Position numbers and translations under genes: made by a program | The notes under the pieces: model-generated | What the model saw: the letters and a program-made list of their open reading frames with translations, nothing else | Told to the model about the DNA's origin: nothing | Database searches by the model: none | Assembly (NCBI RefSeq): GCF_000196355.1 | Contig: NC_007614.1 | Span: forward strand, 270,001 to 302,000 | DNA length: 32,000 nucleotides | Reading direction: 5' to 3' | Source: Nitrosospira multiformis ATCC 25196 | GTDB lineage: Bacteria; Pseudomonadota; Gammaproteobacteria; Burkholderiales; Nitrosomonadaceae | Shown here: positions 28,881 to 32,000 of the stretch, one piece after another | How the letters are laid out: each line of letters starts with the position of its first letter | Position numbering within the stretch: position 1 is the stretch's first letter

Positions 28881-30002
28881 ATGGCAACTTTAAAAGTTGT
28901 AGTGATTTTGCCGACCTACAACGAGCGGGATAACATTGGCATCATGATTGATGCGCTAGAGGTTCAGGCTCGGGAGTTTCTTCATGATATGCACCTCCTT
29001 GTGGTGGATGACGATTCGCCCGACGGCACGGCGGAAGTGGTTCGGGCCAAGCAGACGGTATATCCGAATGTGCATTTGCTGAGGGGAAAGAAGGCAGGGT
29101 TGGGCGCCGCCTATATCCGCGGTATGATTCATGCCATGGATGAGCTTCATGCCGATGTCGTATTCGAGATGGATGCTGATTTTTCGCATAAACCCGAAGA
29201 TGTACCTCGGCTTATGGCGGCACTCGATGGAGGCGCGGATTTTGTGATTGGCAGCCGTTATGTGAAGGGCGGCTCCATTCCCCAGGAATGGGGGTTTCTA
29301 CGCCGCATGAATTCCCTGGGCGGTAATATCGTTGCACGCTACGTTGCCGGAATGTACAGAATTCGAGACTGCACAGCCGGTTTCAGGGCGATCAAAACGA
29401 ATCTCCTCAGAAAAATCATTTTTGATGATCTTCGTGTTCAGGGATACGCTTTCCAGGTTGCACTGCTGCACAAGGCCGTATCTCTCGGTGCAGTCATAAA
29501 AGAAGTTCCCGTCGACTTCGTAGATCGTGCCAAGGGTGAGTCGAAGCTCGGAATTTCCGACATCATCGAGTTTATCCTGAACGCCTGGTGGATACGTCTC
29601 CACAGCTCAAAGACTTTTATCAAGTTCGCCATAGTAGGACTGTCCGGCGTTATTGTGAATCTTGGCGTGTTTACACTGCTTCTCCAGGCAAATGTAAATA
29701 AATATCTCGCTTCTCCTATCTCAATCGAAATATCGATTATCACGAACTTTCTGTTGAATAACTACTGGACCTTTCGCTGGCGCACGTCTCAAGATCACAT
29801 CCGTGTCAAGGGTCTGAAGTTCAACATGGTTTCTCTCGTATCTCTGGGGGTGAGTTATTCCACTTTTGTAGTGCTATCCGTTCTGTTTCCTGATGTCTCT
29901 CCGGAGATTCACCAGCTTGTCGGTATTGCACCCGCCATGTTCATAAATTACTTTCTGAATTCTTATTGGACGTTCAAAAATACTCCTGCACCCAAGGATT
30001 GA
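28881..30002 (+). CDS. Polyprenol-phosphate mannose synthase-like GT2 fused to a C-terminal GtrA-like membrane domain
   Basis: VVVILPTYNERDNIGIMIDAL, LLVVDDDSPDGTAEVV, LLRGKKAGLGAAYIRGM, DADFSHKPEDVPRL; C-terminal FIKFAIVGLSGVIVNLGVF...ITNFLLNNYWTFRW. Confidence 0.93.
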   Translation: MATLKVVVILPTYNERDNIGIMIDALEVQAREFLHDMHLLVVDDDSPDGTAEVVRAKQTVYPNVHLLRGKKAGLGAAYIRGMIHAMDELHADVVFEMDADFSHKPEDVPRLMAALDGGADFVIGSRYVKGGSIPQEWGFLRRMNSLGGNIVARYVAGMYRIRDCTAGFRAIKTNLLRKIIFDDLRVQGYAFQVALLHKAVSLGAVIKEVPVDFVDRAKGESKLGISDIIEFILNAWWIRLHSSKTFIKFAIVGLSGVIVNLGVFTLLLQANVNKYLASPISIEISIITNFLLNNYWTFRWRTSQDHIRVKGLKFNMVSLVSLGVSYSTFVVLSVLFPDVSPEIHQLVGIAPAMFINYFLNSYWTFKNTPAPKD

Positions 30003-30167
30003 GTAAACAGGAAGGGGTACCATTTCACCGCCGCTTGCAATTGTTTTCGGCTCTTTACTCAGGAGGACGTCATTAAGCTGAACGCAACCCGACCGGCTTT
30101 GCACCGATTTGTCGACATATCGGGTTTATCCTGGTTAAAAGTAGGCTAATTATCTGAATCTCCCGTT

Positions 30168-31526
30168 TTGAACACACTTCCAGATCCAGAAAGTAACATT
30201 GAGGGCATCCATCGCTTTCGACGCCGCCACAGAATTGCCGCTCCCTTGTTTCAGCTCCTCGATTCGCATGTTTTCCTGCCGGCGTGTTTCATACTTTTCG
30301 TGGCATTGCGCGTAGCCCTGATTTTCTTTGTGCCCGTTGAGATGACTTCCGATGCAAGCTGGTACTTCAACAGAGCGGTTGGCATAGCGAGCGGCGGCGG
30401 CTATTCGGAAGCGGGGTATCCGACAGCCTATTGGCCGGTTGGCTATCCCGGCTTTCTTGGTATCCTTTTCTATCTTTTCGGTCGGGATCAATTGGTAGGG
30501 CAGATAGCTAATTTGGTTATGGCAGCCCTCAGTTTTTTTCTGCAACTGGAGCTGACACGAAGAATTTTCCGGAGCGAAGCCGCTGCCCGCTTGGGCGTCC
30601 TCCTGCTTACCCTATATCCGAATCATGTAGCTTATACGTCTTTTATCTTAACCGAGGTTTACTTTACCTTTTTACTGCTTCTTGGCGTATACCTCTACAT
30701 CACAAGGAGCCGATGGTTATGGATATGGGTTTGCGGCATTGTCTTCGGGCTGGCCGCGCTGACCAAACCGCAAGCAGTGTTCTTGCCTGGTCTGCTGGTG
30801 CTTTTTCACGTATTCAGCGCCGAGAGAAAGGATAGGCTGAGGCAGCACCTCATCAAGGGATTTGCAATCTATCTTGCTATGGCTATGGTGCTGGTCCCCT
30901 GGGCGGTGCGGAACACGATGATTTTCGGGGAGCTCGTCCTGATTTCCACTAACGGAGGGGCAACGCTCCTGACCGGAAATCATCCCACAGCCAGCGGAGG
31001 CTATGAGGAAAACGATCCGCTGGTGGCCCAGCGCAATTTCTCGGTTCAGGATCAGGTGGAATCTGACCGGCGCGCAAAGAAGCTGGCAACCGATTGGATA
31101 AGGGAAAACCCCGTGCGGTTTGTAGAGCTTATCCCTCTGAAGATATGGCATCTGTGGTCCAGAAATGGCGAAGCGGAGTGGGCCTATCAGGCGGGGTACC
31201 GGTACTATGAGCAGTATAGCGGCGCGTTCCGAACCATGAGGTGGATAAATCAGATCTTTTATGCTCTGCTGCTTGTGGGCTCGTTCGCGGCAGCTTTCCT
31301 GTTGATAAGGCATCCCGATAAAGTCGCTTGGCCGTGGGTGCTCGTGGGATACTGCCTGATGATTTACCTGACCTTGATATCGGTGGTCTTTTCCGGGCAA
31401 CCCAGGTTTCATTTTCCGGCCATGCCATGGGCCATCATGTATGCAGCGTGGGCAGCCGTGATGATCACGGTGAATCAGACCCGGGAACGGTATGACGCCT
31501 ACGTCTCCAGAACATCGGATTTCTAG
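30168..31526 (+). CDS. ArnT/PMT-like (GT39-type) membrane glycosyltransferase
   Basis: Extracytoplasmic acidic motif (VPVEMTSDASWYFNRAVGIASGGGYSEAGYPTAYWPVGYPGFL), about 10 hydrophobic helices, LTKPQAVFLPGLL. Start codon is TTG, so the exact start is uncertain. Confidence 0.82.
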   Translation: MNTLPDPESNIEGIHRFRRRHRIAAPLFQLLDSHVFLPACFILFVALRVALIFFVPVEMTSDASWYFNRAVGIASGGGYSEAGYPTAYWPVGYPGFLGILFYLFGRDQLVGQIANLVMAALSFFLQLELTRRIFRSEAAARLGVLLLTLYPNHVAYTSFILTEVYFTFLLLLGVYLYITRSRWLWIWVCGIVFGLAALTKPQAVFLPGLLVLFHVFSAERKDRLRQHLIKGFAIYLAMAMVLVPWAVRNTMIFGELVLISTNGGATLLTGNHPTASGGYEENDPLVAQRNFSVQDQVESDRRAKKLATDWIRENPVRFVELIPLKIWHLWSRNGEAEWAYQAGYRYYEQYSGAFRTMRWINQIFYALLLVGSFAAAFLLIRHPDKVAWPWVLVGYCLMIYLTLISVVFSGQPRFHFPAMPWAIMYAAWAAVMITVNQTRERYDAYVSRTSDF

Positions 31527-31732
31527 AGCTGCAACCGTTTCCAGACGAACAGGCACGTGCTTGACGGATGCGCTCCGTCCGGTAAAGAGGCGGATAATTC
31601 CGATCTTTCCAGGTCTTCCCATTGCAATACGTCTTCACCTGGAAAAGTAAATTAAATCATCTCCACTTGAAGCTGTAATTAAGTAGAATTTGACCCGGGG
31701 CACCAGAAGATGAAGGAATCGGATCTGATCAT

Positions 31733-32000
31733 ATGCCATTGGAAATCAGCATTGTCTCCACCATGTACCGGTCGCGGCCGTTTCTTGACCGGTTCCTTGC
31801 CGAATCCCTGCAAGCCTTGTCTGCGATCAAGTGTGACCATTTTGAGATATTGCTCGTCAATGATGGCTCGCCGGATGAGTCCCTGGCTTACGCGCTCGAA
31901 CGCCGGAGAGACATCCCGCAACTCGTGGTGGTTGATCTTGCGCGGAACTTTGGGCATCACGCTGCTATACAGGCTGGATTACGGCATGCACGGGGAAATC
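31733..32000 (+). CDS. GT2 family glycosyltransferase, 3'-truncated by window edge
   Basis: Hand translation: MPLEISIVSTMYRSRPFLDRFLAESLQALSAIKCDHFEILLVNDGSPDESLAYALERRRDIPQLVVVDLARNFGHHAAIQAGLRHARGN. NDGSPD and LARNFGHHAAIQAGL are typical GT2 motifs. Absent from the ORF track because no stop lies inside the window. Confidence 0.9.
   Translation, partial: MPLEISIVSTMYRSRPFLDRFLAESLQALSAIKCDHFEILLVNDGSPDESLAYALERRRDIPQLVVVDLARNFGHHAAIQAGLRHARGN

Noticed and set aside
30717-31622. 301-aa minus-strand ORF opposite the GT39-like gene
   Set aside because: Antisense to a well-supported membrane protein. The product has no domain character and is an expected shadow ORF.
31910-31980. Suspected frameshift in the terminal GT2 gene
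   Set aside because: Careful re-translation gives ERRRDIPQLVVVDLARNFGHHAAIQAGL in one continuous frame from 31733, so there is no frameshift.
1-32000. CRISPR arrays, IS elements, toxin-antitoxin or phage-defence modules
   Set aside because: No regularly spaced repeats, intact transposases or defence-type domains were recognised. The only mobile-element signal is the integrase relic near 14.8-15.0 kb.

Overview
This window is a large surface/exopolysaccharide (EPS) biosynthesis region from a Gram-negative bacterium. Inference: a betaproteobacterium, possibly Nitrosospira-like. It has clear hallmarks of the PEP-CTERM/exosortase A sorting system. From left to right it contains: a 5'-truncated heparinase II/III-type polysaccharide lyase; a SAM methyltransferase; a GT4 glycosyltransferase; an FkbM methyltransferase; a DUF354 protein; a Gfo/Idh/MocA oxidoreductase; an uncharacterised protein; a PEP-CTERM-tailed polysaccharide lyase-like protein; wecB; galE; manC; an FxDxF-type PEP-CTERM protein; a degraded tyrosine-recombinase relic; tRNA-Val(GAC); an RluF-like pseudouridine synthase; a translationally coupled rfbBDAC (dTDP-rhamnose) block; a membrane fatty-acid desaturase; a tviB/tviC (wbpP)-type UDP-HexNAcA pair; a TPR protein; the minus-strand operon ACP - exosortase-A hydrolase 2 - hydrolase 1; a Kelch/galactose-oxidase-like PEP-CTERM protein; a DPM1-like GT2 with a GtrA domain; a GT39/ArnT-like membrane protein; and the 5' part of a GT2 that the supplied ORF track omits. 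No exosortase gene, Wzx/Wzy or CRISPR is visible in the window. The most notable non-obvious signals are: (1) a frameshifted phage-type integrase remnant facing the 3' end of tRNA-Val(GAC); (2) a diverged internal duplication of the segment leading into the PEP-CTERM tail of the lyase-like cargo protein, with the first copy reading LESNISL where the second reads PEPDIYL; (3) an uncharacterised conserved-looking protein between a sugar oxidoreductase and the lyase.
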